Assembly: GCA_019721075.1 (NCBI GenBank) | Contig: JAHEAD010000004.1 | Location: 62,001 to 126,000, forward strand | Reading direction: 5' to 3' | Origin: Candidatus Sysuiplasma jiujiangense | GTDB taxonomy: Archaea > Thermoplasmatota > Thermoplasmata > Sysuiplasmatales > Sysuiplasmataceae | Length of the DNA: 64,000 nucleotides | Shown: positions 46,783 to 57,033 of the stretch, piece by piece | How the letters are laid out: every line of letters begins with the position of its first letter | How positions within the stretch are numbered: the first letter of the stretch is position 1 | Translations under genes and position numbers: made by a program | Notes under the pieces: model-generated | Databases searched by the model: none | Told to the model about the DNA's origin: nothing | What the model saw: the letters and a program-made list of their open reading frames with translations, nothing else

Positions 46783-47832
46783 ATGTCACGGGATGAACTA
46801 ATCGATAAAATCCTGGGCTATGCCCAGGAAGTCGTTACCGAAGAGGAATTTCGGAGATTATTCGAAAGCAGCGATCATCCTGAGGCATATATCGGATTTG
46901 AGCCGTCCGGATTCCTGCATATAGGCAATTTTCTCATAACTTCAAGGATGGTCAACCTCCTCATCGACGCAGGCTTCCACGTCAAAATACTGCTCGCCGA
47001 CTGGCATGCCTTCATAAACGACAAGTTTGGAGGAAACATGGAAAGCATCAGGGCTTGCGGCCGGTATATGGAGGATGCATTCAGATTTTCCTCTGACAGA
47101 CGGAAAGGACTTGATTTTGTTTATGCGACTGATGTCATAGGTAACTCCGATTACTGGACAGAGCTGATCAAAAATGCAAAGTCTGTGACTCTCTCAAGAC
47201 TGAAGAGGGCACTGACAATAATGGGCAGAAGCGAAGACGAAGCAGAAATGGATTCATCAAAAATGCTATATCCACTGATGCAGGTGACGGACATTTTCAT
47301 GCTCGGTGTCGATGTTGCCTACGCGGGGATGGACCAGAGGAAAGCCCACATGCTGGCAAGGGAAGTAGCAGAATCAAGGAAGCTGAAAAAGCCGGTTGCG
47401 CTGCATACGCCGCTGCTATCCAGCCTTAAGGGCAGCAACAGAATGGAGAGCGCTCTTTCCAAAATGTCAAAAAGCGATCCGTCGGGTTCAATTTTTTTAC
47501 ATGACGGCGAGCAGGAGATATATGCAAAGATAAAATCGGCATACTGTCCCGTTGAGGAGGAGGCAAACCCGGTACTCGACATATGCAGATTCATAATCTT
47601 TCCGTACGCGGGCCGAATCCATGTCGAACGGCAGGAAAAGTACGGCGGAAATGTGGATTTTGGTGACTATGTTTCCCTGCGGGAGACATATCTATCAGGA
47701 AAACTGCATCCACTTGATCTGAAGACGTCTGCCGCGGCTGCACTGTGGGGCATTATGGAGCCTTTCCACAGGCATTATATGGAGAATCCGTCCGAACTGG
47801 ATGCTTTAAAACAACTGAAGATAACAAGGTAG
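46783..47832 (+). CDS. tyrS: Tyrosine--tRNA ligase (archaeal type)
   Basis: YIGFEPSG.LHIG, LADWHA..N.K, YPLMQV.DI, GMDQRK.HMLARE, KMSKS. Confidence 0.95.
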   Translation: MSRDELIDKILGYAQEVVTEEEFRRLFESSDHPEAYIGFEPSGFLHIGNFLITSRMVNLLIDAGFHVKILLADWHAFINDKFGGNMESIRACGRYMEDAFRFSSDRRKGLDFVYATDVIGNSDYWTELIKNAKSVTLSRLKRALTIMGRSEDEAEMDSSKMLYPLMQVTDIFMLGVDVAYAGMDQRKAHMLAREVAESRKLKKPVALHTPLLSSLKGSNRMESALSKMSKSDPSGSIFLHDGEQEIYAKIKSAYCPVEEEANPVLDICRFIIFPYAGRIHVERQEKYGGNVDFGDYVSLRETYLSGKLHPLDLKTSAAAALWGIMEPFHRHYMENPSELDALKQLKITR

Positions 47833-47923
47833 GTGCAAATGTCTCTGGAAGTGCACCAGCAGGGAGGATGAAGCTGCCCTTCGCCCGGCGCGGCACAGCC
47901 GCCATGCATCGAACGCATTCAGA

Positions 47924-50308
47924 TCAGACACTGAAATGCCTGAAGACGATATTCTTACCCTGATCGGTCACTACCATGAATACAAATGTAAACAGTAGTA
48001 TCAGCAATATGTATTCAAACGGAACCGGCGTGACAAGGAATCCATATGTGGAAATCAGCGTTATGAACACTATGTCTGATGCACTGGCTGCAAGAAGATA
48101 TTTTCCCGGCATGGAAGACCAGAACCTTCCCCTCTCCCTGACCATGTAGATGGTAAACTGGCCGGTGAATACCAGCGCATCAAAAACAAACGTCTGTATT
48201 TCCTTTACACCCATCGCAAGGTGGATTCCCAACCAGAGTGTAAAGAACATTTCCAGTATTACAGGTAAGGCGAGAAATGCAGAGGAGCCGACAAGCGAAC
48301 CAACGTTCCATTTTTCTGGCTTTTCAGAATATCTGACGTTATCAGTGGCAACAGACATAGTCACGAAATCATTCGCGAACAGCAGAAGTATGACATCGGA
48401 TGGCGTTGTAACCAGGAATCCCACTATGAAGAAAGAAACTGTGAGAAATATTGCAACCTGAAGCGTTTTTATTATCTTGTTGAGGGTATAGGTCAGCATC
48501 CTCTGGTAAATTCTTCGGCCGGATCTGACTGCTTCCACAATGTCCTCCAGTCCCTCATGTGTGAGAACTATGCTTGCGGACGCTTTTGCGACATCAGTAG
48601 CATTTGCCACCGCAATGCCGACTTCCGCTTTCTTCAGTGCGGGTGCATCGTTTACACCGTCGCCCGTCATTCCGGTCACATGCCCGGCAGACTGCAGTGC
48701 GGTTACTATGTCGTATTTGTCTTCGGGATAAACCTCGGCGAACGAATCGCATTCGATTATCCTTCCAGCGCTGTTTCTGACTTCGGACCCCTTACAGACC
48801 TTTTTGCCTATTCCTGTTTCATCCACCACCAGTTCAGCTATCGCTTCGTTGTCGCCTGTAATCATAATCGGTTTTATGGCGAGCGCTTTGATGTCAGATA
48901 TGAATCTTCTGGAATCCGCGCGGGGCGGATCGTAGAGCGGTATCAGGCCAATAATTTCCATTTTACCGTTGCGCCCAGCTGCAACCGCGATCGTCCTGAA
49001 TCCCTTCTTCGAGAATCCGTATGTTTCCTCAGCTATCTCGTCCGCACGCCCGGCTATTGATGATATAACCTGCGGGGCTCCTTTGACTATTCTGAGTTCA
49101 CTGCTATCCTCAAGGACAAATGCCTCAGTCCTCTTAGTGGAAGGATCGAACGGAACGAACAGTCTTCTCTTTGAATAATCCACATTCAGCTTCATCCGGC
49201 GGGCGTAATCCAGTATTGCGTTGTCTATCGGATCCTGGCTTGCTGCGTCTGAGGCGAGAGAGGCATATCTCATAAGCAGTGCAATATCGCAGTTGAACGG
49301 TTTCGGATCCTTCACGGTGAGTTCATTAACCGTGATTGTTCCGGTTTTGTCAAGGCAGAGGGTATCCATGGAAGCGGCATCTTCGACGGCTGTCAACCTT
49401 GAGACAAGCACCCCCTTTGAAGAGAGTTCCAGCGCTCCGACAGCCATTGCTATGGTGAAGGTAACAGGCAAAGCAACCGGAACGGAAGCTATCAGTACGA
49501 CGAGCGAAAAAGGCAGTATATCCGTCAGGCTTACATTGAGCAGTATTGAGTAGGCAGTCAGAGCTATGACGAGTATTATGTCCAGAGCGATTAGGTATTT
49601 CACTATGCCGAGTATAAGCTGTTCCAGGTGCGATTCAGTGGAAGCGGACTGGACAAGCTCAGTGGTTTTGCCGAAATAGGTATTTTTTCCTGTTGTAATT
49701 ACCAGGCCGTTCAGTTCCCCCCTCTTCACGGTTGAACCGGAAAATATAACGTCCCCGGCTCCCTTCTCAACAGGCATGGATTCGCCTGTGAGCATCGACT
49801 GATCAACGAGTACCTGTCCTTCAATTATCTTTATGTCTGAGGGGACTATATCGCCAAGCCTGACTCTGACTACGTCGCCGGGCACTATGTTTTTGGCAGG
49901 CACAATCTTCCATTCCCCATCACGCTTCACTCTGGCATTTATGCTGAGTTTCTTCTTCAGCAGTTCAACCGCATTTTCGGCGTTATGTTCCTGGACATAG
50001 CTCACCACGCTGTTGAAAAACAGCAGGAATGTTATTATATATAAACTTAAATATTTATGTAAAATGAAAGTCAGGAGTGCGGTTATCTCAAGCATCCATG
50101 GAACGGGAGCCCAGAATTTTTTGAGAAATTTGAACAGGCTGTTCTCCCTTTCTTCCCTTACTTCATTAAGTCCATAATCCGCCACTCTGTGTGCGGCTTC
50201 ATTCTCAGTCAGCCCTCCGGAACCTGAATGAAGCGCTGCAAAGGCGTTATCAAGGCTGATATGCTGAAAATCAGTCCTGTTCCTTCCCGCTTCTGTTCCG
50301 GCTCCCAA
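47924..50308 (-). CDS. P-type ATPase, type IIIA plasma-membrane proton-efflux family
   Basis: FW.P.PWMLE, LTGES, ASVPVALP, DKTGTIT, DPIDNAI, KGAPQVI, DPPR.DS, TGDGVNDAP, ANDFVTMS. Confidence 0.92.
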   Translation of the reverse strand: MGAGTEAGRNRTDFQHISLDNAFAALHSGSGGLTENEAAHRVADYGLNEVREERENSLFKFLKKFWAPVPWMLEITALLTFILHKYLSLYIITFLLFFNSVVSYVQEHNAENAVELLKKKLSINARVKRDGEWKIVPAKNIVPGDVVRVRLGDIVPSDIKIIEGQVLVDQSMLTGESMPVEKGAGDVIFSGSTVKRGELNGLVITTGKNTYFGKTTELVQSASTESHLEQLILGIVKYLIALDIILVIALTAYSILLNVSLTDILPFSLVVLIASVPVALPVTFTIAMAVGALELSSKGVLVSRLTAVEDAASMDTLCLDKTGTITVNELTVKDPKPFNCDIALLMRYASLASDAASQDPIDNAILDYARRMKLNVDYSKRRLFVPFDPSTKRTEAFVLEDSSELRIVKGAPQVISSIAGRADEIAEETYGFSKKGFRTIAVAAGRNGKMEIIGLIPLYDPPRADSRRFISDIKALAIKPIMITGDNEAIAELVVDETGIGKKVCKGSEVRNSAGRIIECDSFAEVYPEDKYDIVTALQSAGHVTGMTGDGVNDAPALKKAEVGIAVANATDVAKASASIVLTHEGLEDIVEAVRSGRRIYQRMLTYTLNKIIKTLQVAIFLTVSFFIVGFLVTTPSDVILLLFANDFVTMSVATDNVRYSEKPEKWNVGSLVGSSAFLALPVILEMFFTLWLGIHLAMGVKEIQTFVFDALVFTGQFTIYMVRERGRFWSSMPGKYLLAASASDIVFITLISTYGFLVTPVPFEYILLILLFTFVFMVVTDQGKNIVFRHFSV

Positions 50309-50410
50309 CTCAGCAACCCTCCGGTTCCCTGATGTCTACCAGTCATTTAACCTGTTGGCGAAGGAAATTGTCCTGCCGCTGGTGTATTACGGCACTTTAT
50401 TCTTCGGGGC

Positions 50411-50905
50411 TTACCGTACTATGAGAACGGAGGTGGGAGAATCGGCAGCCACCCTGGATGACACGGATCCGAGAAATATCCCCTTTTTGTATCCGGGACG
50501 TCTGTTGCCCATGACAACCAGATCAGGCTTGATTTCATTTATGATTTCGACAAGCACATGGTGCGGATCGCCTCTCCTGACAATCGCTTCACAGTTGCCG
50601 ACTCCCAGCTTTTTTGCACGGGTTACCATCCTCTTCAGCTTCGTTTCCACTTCTCTGGCATATTTCTCTTCATTTTCCATGACGACCTCTGTTCCGTATG
50701 CGATGTCGCCCATTGCTACGTAAATCGACTTTACAACGGAGACAAAGACAAGTCTGCTGCCTTCTCTCTGTTTTGCGATCGAAACAGCGACTTCGCACGC
50801 CTTCTCTGACTTTTCAGACAGATCTGTGGCGCACACTATAGTTCTGATTTCAACAGGATCCTTTTTCAACCCGAGCACCGGCTGTAACGTGGATTCAAGT
50901 GTCAT
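50411..50905 (-). CDS. Universal stress protein
   Basis: IVCATD.S..S..A, GDP, DLVVMG.R, LGSVS..V....P.SVLIVR. Confidence 0.88.
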   Translation of the reverse strand: MTLESTLQPVLGLKKDPVEIRTIVCATDLSEKSEKACEVAVSIAKQREGSRLVFVSVVKSIYVAMGDIAYGTEVVMENEEKYAREVETKLKRMVTRAKKLGVGNCEAIVRRGDPHHVLVEIINEIKPDLVVMGNRRPGYKKGIFLGSVSSRVAADSPTSVLIVR

Positions 50906-51028
50906 ATAATACTGCTTTCCCTTATATTTCAAGCAGAATTCAACGCAGCCTTTCAATCAAGCTTCTGAACAGCCTCGCGCCGGAAAGTTAGATTTACTTC
51001 AATTCCCATTGCAAAACAGGGTTTTCCC

Positions 51029-52366
51029 ATGTCTTACGACTATGATGCGGTTGTTCTCGGAGGCGGAGGGGCCGGATACACGGCGGCATTCGGGCTCTCT
51101 GACGCAGGAATGAATGTTCTGATGCTTGACCCGAAAGGCGAGCTGGGAGGAAACTGCCTGTTCGAAGGCTGCATCCCTTCAAAAACTTACTGGCTGGGTG
51201 CGAAATCAACGGAAAGCATGCCTTTCTGCCGGACATCCGCTGAAATAGATTTTAAAAAACTTGTTGGCTGGAAAAATGAGATACAGGAAAAGAGATTTGC
51301 GCAGCACAGGGCCGAAATTGGCGAGCGCAGCACGCTAGTCTTTATGCCGGAGGAGGGGCGTCTTGTCGACGAGCACACCGTATCTGTTGGTCAGCGCAGG
51401 ATTACGGGTAAATACGTTGTTGTAGCAACCGGCTCAGAACCTGTTGTCCCCGAAAATTTCAGGGATGGCATAACCACCCACGATCTGCTGAAACCGGATA
51501 CGCCGCTGGTGGACGTGCCAGAAACGCTGGGTATAATCGGGGGTGGCTACATAGGCATTGAAATGGCGGGAATATTTGCAAAGCTCGGTTCGCAGGTGAC
51601 AATCTTCTGTAATAGAATTTTACCCCCCGTCTCGCAGGAAATTCAGCTTCTTCTTGAACGCCGGCTGATCGAGCTGGGTGTAAAGCTCGAAAGGCAGAAG
51701 GCGAAGGGGGTGAAGTTTTCCGACGGCTCGAAGGCCGTGCTGCTGGACGGCGGAAGCAAAAAATTCAGTGAAGTCCTGGTTGCTGTGGGAAGGAGACCGA
51801 ACCTGAGGAACATTTCACTGGAATTCCGGCTGAACAGCAGAGGATTCATTGATGTTTCACCAGGCATGCGCACCCAATACGGCAACATATTTGCTCCCGG
51901 GGATGTCAACGGAAAACACATGCTGTTTCATGTCGCAGTGCAGGAAGGATGGATCGCGGCCAGAAATATACTCGAAGGCGGCCGCGAAAGGATGCTGATT
52001 GATTATTCCAGCGTCCCGTATGCTGTTTACAGCGACCCGCAGGTTGCCTGGACGGGACTCTGGAAGGAGGATGCGACCGGAAAGGGATTCGACGTCGAAT
52101 GCAGGCGATATGCGCTTGCAGGCGATGCGAGGATGCAGATTGAAAATAGTGAAACTGGATGGATCGATATTGTTGTGATTCCCGGAACAGGAAGGATCAT
52201 AGGAGCGCAGGCAGTGGGAGCAGATGCAGACCTTGTGATAGGTGAACTTTCCATCATTTTATCTCAGGGTATCTCGATTTATGAACTCTCCCGGATCAGT
52301 CAGCCGCATCCGACACAACTTGAGGGAATAATAGACCTTTCAAGGAGATTGAAAACAGATGGCTGA
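51029..52366 (+). CDS. Pyridine nucleotide-disulfide oxidoreductase (dihydrolipoamide dehydrogenase family)
   Basis: GGGGAG, GGNCLFEGCIPSK, GGGYIG.E, GD..G..ML.H.A, HPTQLE. Confidence 0.88.
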   Translation: MSYDYDAVVLGGGGAGYTAAFGLSDAGMNVLMLDPKGELGGNCLFEGCIPSKTYWLGAKSTESMPFCRTSAEIDFKKLVGWKNEIQEKRFAQHRAEIGERSTLVFMPEEGRLVDEHTVSVGQRRITGKYVVVATGSEPVVPENFRDGITTHDLLKPDTPLVDVPETLGIIGGGYIGIEMAGIFAKLGSQVTIFCNRILPPVSQEIQLLLERRLIELGVKLERQKAKGVKFSDGSKAVLLDGGSKKFSEVLVAVGRRPNLRNISLEFRLNSRGFIDVSPGMRTQYGNIFAPGDVNGKHMLFHVAVQEGWIAARNILEGGRERMLIDYSSVPYAVYSDPQVAWTGLWKEDATGKGFDVECRRYALAGDARMQIENSETGWIDIVVIPGTGRIIGAQAVGADADLVIGELSIILSQGISIYELSRISQPHPTQLEGIIDLSRRLKTDG

Positions 52367-52576
52367 TTTTTCAATACAGGCTGTATGGTGACAGAAGCTG
52401 CGGCAACTGTGCCGTCGACCGACTGCCGGAGTCAGGCTGCCGGTAGAAACGGGGCCGCATACTGCGACCAGTGCGACATGAGGCATGCTGCACAGGCTTG
52501 CCGTTTACGCAGATAATCGGCAAGGTATATATGGAACCATACTTTCGTGAACGGTTGTCAGATGGTGTAGATTCAA

Positions 52577-53716
52577 ATGGCAATCACAGTTGCGGTTCCG
52601 AAAGAGACGTCGGCCGGCGAACGAAGGGTTTCCATGGTTCCGGAAGCTGCTGCCAGGCTCTCAAAATCGGGTTTCAGTATTCAGGTAGAGTCGGGTGCCG
52701 GCGCAGGTTCATATTATTCGGACAGCGATTATGAAAAGGCCGGAGCCGGAATTGTTAAAGATCGGCGGTCTCTTCTCAGCAGCGCCGATATAGTCCTGGC
52801 AGTACAGCCTCCGAAACCGGAAGACATAATGCTGATGAAGCAGGAGGCTATAGCCATAGGCTTCATGAATCCATTCAGGAATGAAAAGGGAATCAGGGCA
52901 ATGCAGAAGGCAAAAGTTTCCGCATTTGCACTTGAACTTGTGCCCAGGATAACCAGGGCCCAGGGAATGGATGCTCTCTCGTCTCAGGCTACTGTGGGTG
53001 GATACAAGGCGGTGCTGATAGCTGCAGACAATATGCCGAAATTTCTTCCAATGCTCACAACTGCGGCAGGAACCATCAGACCTGCAAAAGTGCTTGTTCT
53101 GGGTGCCGGAGTTGCAGGTCTGATGGCCATAGCGACAGCAAAGAGACTTGGCGCGATGGTGGAAGCCTATGATGTCAGAAGGGCTGCCGGGGAACAGGTC
53201 AGGAGTCTCGGTGCCAAATTCCTTGAGCTGCAGATCAATGCAGAAGGCACCGGCGGTTACGCACGTGAACTGACCCCTGAGGAAAAGAAACAGGAGGAGG
53301 CAATGGTCAGGGAGGCGGTCGCGCAGGCGGATGCAATAATAACGACCGCGAACATACCTGGGAAAAAGGCCCCGCGCCTCGTGTCAAAGGAGATGGTGAT
53401 GAGCATGAAACCCGGTTCAGTCATCGTTGATATGGCTGCCGAGTCGGGAGGCAACTGCGAACTGACAAAGGTTGATGAAACCGTCACTGAAAACGGTGTC
53501 ACTATTTTCGGTCCGTCCAACCTGCCCGGGCAGATTCCTTTCCATTCGAGCCAGATGTATGCAAAAAACCTTCAGTCCTTTCTCTCACTGCTGGTCACAA
53601 AGGAAGGAAATCTTGTTTCTGACTTTTCCGATGAGATACTGGCTGCAAGTCTTCTTGTTTACAAGGGTGAGATCAGGTTTGGCCCTGTGAAGGAACTGCT
53701 GGAGGGAAAGAAATGA
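52577..53716 (+). CDS. pntA: NAD(P) transhydrogenase subunit alpha, part 1 (dI)
   Basis: PKE...GERRV, PRITRAQ.MDALSSQ, TAAGT..PAKV, GAGVAGL.AI, GGYA, TTA.IPG..AP. Confidence 0.93.
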   Translation: MAITVAVPKETSAGERRVSMVPEAAARLSKSGFSIQVESGAGAGSYYSDSDYEKAGAGIVKDRRSLLSSADIVLAVQPPKPEDIMLMKQEAIAIGFMNPFRNEKGIRAMQKAKVSAFALELVPRITRAQGMDALSSQATVGGYKAVLIAADNMPKFLPMLTTAAGTIRPAKVLVLGAGVAGLMAIATAKRLGAMVEAYDVRRAAGEQVRSLGAKFLELQINAEGTGGYARELTPEEKKQEEAMVREAVAQADAIITTANIPGKKAPRLVSKEMVMSMKPGSVIVDMAAESGGNCELTKVDETVTENGVTIFGPSNLPGQIPFHSSQMYAKNLQSFLSLLVTKEGNLVSDFSDEILAASLLVYKGEIRFGPVKELLEGKK

Positions 53717-54018
53717 CCTCCGATGTGTATGCGGCGCTGTATATCGTCGTCCTCGCGGCACTTGTCGGCTACGAAGTAATATCCAGGGTTCCGGTGATAC
53801 TTCACACACCGCTGATGTCCGGATCCAATTTCATACACGGAATTGTCCTGGTAGGTGCGATTATCGCACTCGGGTATGCCCAGACTCCGCTGGAGGATGG
53901 AATAGGCTTTGTTGCAGTCATTATGGCTTCACTGAACGTTACAGGCGGTTACGCCGTTACCGAACGTATTCTGCAGATGTTTGAACGGAACAAGACAAAA
54001 GGAAACAAGGGGGCATAG
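53713..54018 (+). CDS. pntA: NAD(P) transhydrogenase subunit alpha, part 2 (membrane)
   Basis: VI..VP..LHTPLMSG.N.I.G, N..GGY.VT.R.L.MF. Confidence 0.92.
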   Translation: MTSDVYAALYIVVLAALVGYEVISRVPVILHTPLMSGSNFIHGIVLVGAIIALGYAQTPLEDGIGFVAVIMASLNVTGGYAVTERILQMFERNKTKGNKGA

Positions 54019-54020
54019 AA

Positions 54021-55391
54021 CTGTCCATAAATATATTTGACCCAGTATACATCATTGCAGTCTTTTTCTTTATAGTCGGCCTTCACAGAATGAGCCACCC
54101 GCTGACTGCGAGAAGCGGCATAGTCTGGGCCGGATGGGCAATGCTCCTCGCGATCCTGGTGACATTCCTCCTGCCGGGCATGAGGAATATACCGCTGATC
54201 GTGATCGGCGTTGCAATCGGCGGCGGCATCGGGTGGGTCGCGGCAAAGAGGGTTGCCATGACGGACATGCCGCAGATGGTTGCAATATACAACGGCATGG
54301 GCGGCGGAGCTGCAGGTGCAATAGCGGCGGTTGAGCTGCTCAGGAGCACTTCAGTGGCGTCGTTGGCTGCACTTTCGGTTGCAGGAGGTCTCATCGGAGG
54401 AATATCCATTGCAGGCAGCATCATAGCGTTCCTCAAGCTTCAGGGATGGATAAGACAGAGGGCCATAACCTACCCTCTCCAGCAGCCTGGAAACATTGCC
54501 GTGCTCCTTATTGCCCTGATTATGGGTGCGCTCGTGGTTGATCCTTCAAGTATACATGGCGCATTCCAGCCGCTCCTCCCATTCTTTGTCTTTTCCCTTG
54601 CATTCGGATTCCTGATGGCTCTTCCGATAGGGGGAGCGGACATGCCTGTTGTCATTTCCCTTTTCAACGCACTCACTGGACTTGCAGTGGCGCTTGACGG
54701 CTTTGCTCTTACCAATTACGCGATGATTATTGCAGGCACGCTCGTGGGTGCGGCCGGTTCCATGCTCACTCTTGTTATGGCAAAGGCGATGAACCGCTCA
54801 ATTCCAAACATACTTTTCGGCGCATTCGGCGCAAAGGAGGAAGAGCAGGGTGAAATCAAAGGCTCCATGAAGCCTATTGAAGCGGATGATGTGGCAGTCA
54901 TGCTGGCGTATGCAAACAGCGTGATAATCGCACCAGGTTACGGCATGGCGGTCGCCCAGGCGCAGCAGAAGGTCAAAGAGCTCATGGATCTTCTCGAAGC
55001 CAAAGGGGTAACAGTGAAATTTGCCATACACCCGGTTGCGGGAAGGATGCCCGGGCACATGAATGTCCTTCTCGCTGAGGCCGGCGTTCCCTACGACCAT
55101 CTGTTTGACAGGGATGAAATCAACCAGGAATTCGGCAACACCGACGTTGTTCTTGTTATAGGTGCAAACGATGTCGTCAATCCTGCTGCAAGGAGACAGG
55201 GGAGCCCGCTGTTCGGAATGCCCATACTGGACGTTGACAGGGCAAAGAATGTCATCGTCCTCAAGAGGGGACAGGGGAAGGGATTCTCGGGCGTCGAGAA
55301 CGAACTCTTCTACGGAGACAATACAAAGCTGCTCTACGGCGACGCTCAGGACAGCGTATCCAGGGTGATTCAGGCACTGAAGAAACTCTGA
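54021..55391 (+). CDS. pntB: NAD(P) transhydrogenase subunit beta (inferred CTG start)
   Basis: MT.MPQMVA..N, IGGADMPVVIS..N, AMNR, PGYGMAVAQAQ, HPVAGRMPGHMNVLLAEA, GANDVVNP; the conserved first TM (YIIA..FFI.GL..MSHP) lies upstream of ATG 54090. Confidence 0.92.
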   Translation: MSINIFDPVYIIAVFFFIVGLHRMSHPLTARSGIVWAGWAMLLAILVTFLLPGMRNIPLIVIGVAIGGGIGWVAAKRVAMTDMPQMVAIYNGMGGGAAGAIAAVELLRSTSVASLAALSVAGGLIGGISIAGSIIAFLKLQGWIRQRAITYPLQQPGNIAVLLIALIMGALVVDPSSIHGAFQPLLPFFVFSLAFGFLMALPIGGADMPVVISLFNALTGLAVALDGFALTNYAMIIAGTLVGAAGSMLTLVMAKAMNRSIPNILFGAFGAKEEEQGEIKGSMKPIEADDVAVMLAYANSVIIAPGYGMAVAQAQQKVKELMDLLEAKGVTVKFAIHPVAGRMPGHMNVLLAEAGVPYDHLFDRDEINQEFGNTDVVLVIGANDVVNPAARRQGSPLFGMPILDVDRAKNVIVLKRGQGKGFSGVENELFYGDNTKLLYGDAQDSVSRVIQALKKL

Positions 55392-55425
55392 CCTCCACCA
55401 CTCTGCAGCGGGGGCCATGCGCCGC

Positions 55426-56418
55426 TTAGGCATCGTTCGGTCGCGCTGCGCCCTGCCGCTCTTGAATCCATTCAACAGATTCGGCGGCACAGGAATTCAG
55501 AAGTGCCTCCATGTCCCCCTCCGAGCTGAGCACAGCAGCCCCGGCATGTCCGCCGAAGGTACCTCCGAATCCCTGAGCGACGTTTCTGAATACGGTGATT
55601 AGGCTGAAACCCTTACCGATCGCTACCGCAGCCGCTCTGCCCGTTACCCTCACAGAGCCACTGTCTTCAGATGCCACAAACGCAACATCGGCACCTGCAG
55701 TCAGCAGCATACCGGCGACAGATGATTCGAAAGCGGAGGCATGGCTGCAGCAAACAGTGAAACCGGACAAACTCCTGAAAACCATCCGCTGCATCCCTTT
55801 CAGTATGGCAGTCAGTTCAGACATGTCACGCTGACCATCGACAGACAGCTCTTTCGAATCCATCTCCAGCCCTGCAGTCTCGAGGAGTTCCGCGCATTTT
55901 CTGAGTGTTGAGGGTTTTGCCCTCTTCAGTCTACCTGTATCCGCAAGTATTCCCGCGAGCAGGATCCCTGCCGTTTCTCCGTCGATAGCGTGACCGCCGT
56001 CCGTAATTATGTCATAGACTATCTCCGAACATGAGGGCGCCGTCGAGTCTGTCAGTGAAATACAGTGTTCCGGCTGCCGGTCAATTTCATGGTGGTCTAT
56101 CACTATGATGACCCTGTCCCTGAACTGCTCCGGTATCACGGTGATGTCGCTTGTGTCCACGATTATGGCCGCCGTCGCACCTTCAGGAAATTTGGCCAGG
56201 AGGCTTGCGGAATGCTTCTTCAGCAGCAGATTCCCTGCCCTGTCCGGCTTTGACGGAGACCAGAGATCGCCTATGCCGAACCTCTTTGACAGCGCACACG
56301 CGCTTGCAACGCAGTCAGGATCTGCATGCGGGTGCAGTACAATGACCGGCGAGGCAGATTCAGCCATGAGAAATGAAATTTCGGAGATCCTGCGCCGGTA
56401 TGCATCAGTTTGATTCAT
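55426..56418 (-). CDS. DHH/DHHA1 phosphoesterase
   Basis: H..ADPD..AS, VDT, IDHH, GILADTG, GGH..AA; conserved end of the exosome superoperon. Confidence 0.88.
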   Translation of the reverse strand: MNQTDAYRRRISEISFLMAESASPVIVLHPHADPDCVASACALSKRFGIGDLWSPSKPDRAGNLLLKKHSASLLAKFPEGATAAIIVDTSDITVIPEQFRDRVIIVIDHHEIDRQPEHCISLTDSTAPSCSEIVYDIITDGGHAIDGETAGILLAGILADTGRLKRAKPSTLRKCAELLETAGLEMDSKELSVDGQRDMSELTAILKGMQRMVFRSLSGFTVCCSHASAFESSVAGMLLTAGADVAFVASEDSGSVRVTGRAAAVAIGKGFSLITVFRNVAQGFGGTFGGHAGAAVLSSEGDMEALLNSCAAESVEWIQERQGAARPNDA

Positions 56419-56767
56419 CCTTTTTCTGCCCGAGTTCCCTGCTCAGCTCATCCTGCAGCGACTGGTATCGTTCCCTCAGGTGTTTTTCCTGCCGTTCTAC
56501 CGTTTTCACTCTTATGTCAAGCGTTTCCTTCTGCTCTGAAAGTTCCCTGATGACGGTTTCCCTGTCCTTCACCCTGATCATCAGGGATCCTATATTCTTG
56601 TAAATTGAAGAATCAGCATCCAGTTTGTTCAGCTCCTCAAGGGCCCGCGTAAGCTCCTTCAGCTGCGCCTCCAGCTGGTACCTCTGGCTTGCGATGACCT
56701 GGATCTGCTGCTGCATCTGCTGGTACTGGTTTATCTGATTCTGCAACTTGGGACTGATGTCGTTCAT
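56405..56767 (-). CDS. pfdB: Prefoldin subunit beta
   Basis: P..Q.Q..Q.QQ.QQQ, AL.EL, IYK.IG.L.I coiled coil; SD GAAGGTGA. Confidence 0.92.
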   Translation of the reverse strand: MNDISPKLQNQINQYQQMQQQIQVIASQRYQLEAQLKELTRALEELNKLDADSSIYKNIGSLMIRVKDRETVIRELSEQKETLDIRVKTVERQEKHLRERYQSLQDELSRELGQKKDESN

Positions 56768-56787
56768 TAATATCACCTTCAGTCAGT

Positions 56788-57033
56788 TCAGGAAGGCCTG
56801 ATTCTCCTGAAGACACTCAGTGCCACATTAGCCCATCTCATATAAGAATTGAGTGCCGCCCGCAGGGCATGCAGGTCTTCGGCTTCTATTATCAGTCTGT
56901 ATCCGCCTTCTGCCTCCAGCCATCTCACGGTGCACCTCCTGAGTTCGCCCGACTCCGGACCCATGACGCTGCAGAGGAATTTCCCCTCCTCACTTCCGAG
57001 GAACAGGGTAGCAGTATGTCTTGCACTGCTCAT
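56788..57033 (-). CDS. pcc1: KEOPS complex subunit Pcc1
   Basis: I.AEDL.ALRAALNSY.RW motif; operon context. Confidence 0.85.
   Translation of the reverse strand: MSSARHTATLFLGSEEGKFLCSVMGPESGELRRCTVRWLEAEGGYRLIIEAEDLHALRAALNSYMRWANVALSVFRRIRPS

Noticed and set aside
51029..52366. Possible mercuric reductase MerA
   Set aside because: Lacks the C-terminal Cys-Cys pair and NmerA domain; has the HPTxxE dyad; no mer genes nearby.
56695..56745. CAG-rich stretch resembling a simple repeat
   Set aside because: Normal Gln-rich N-terminal helix of prefoldin beta.
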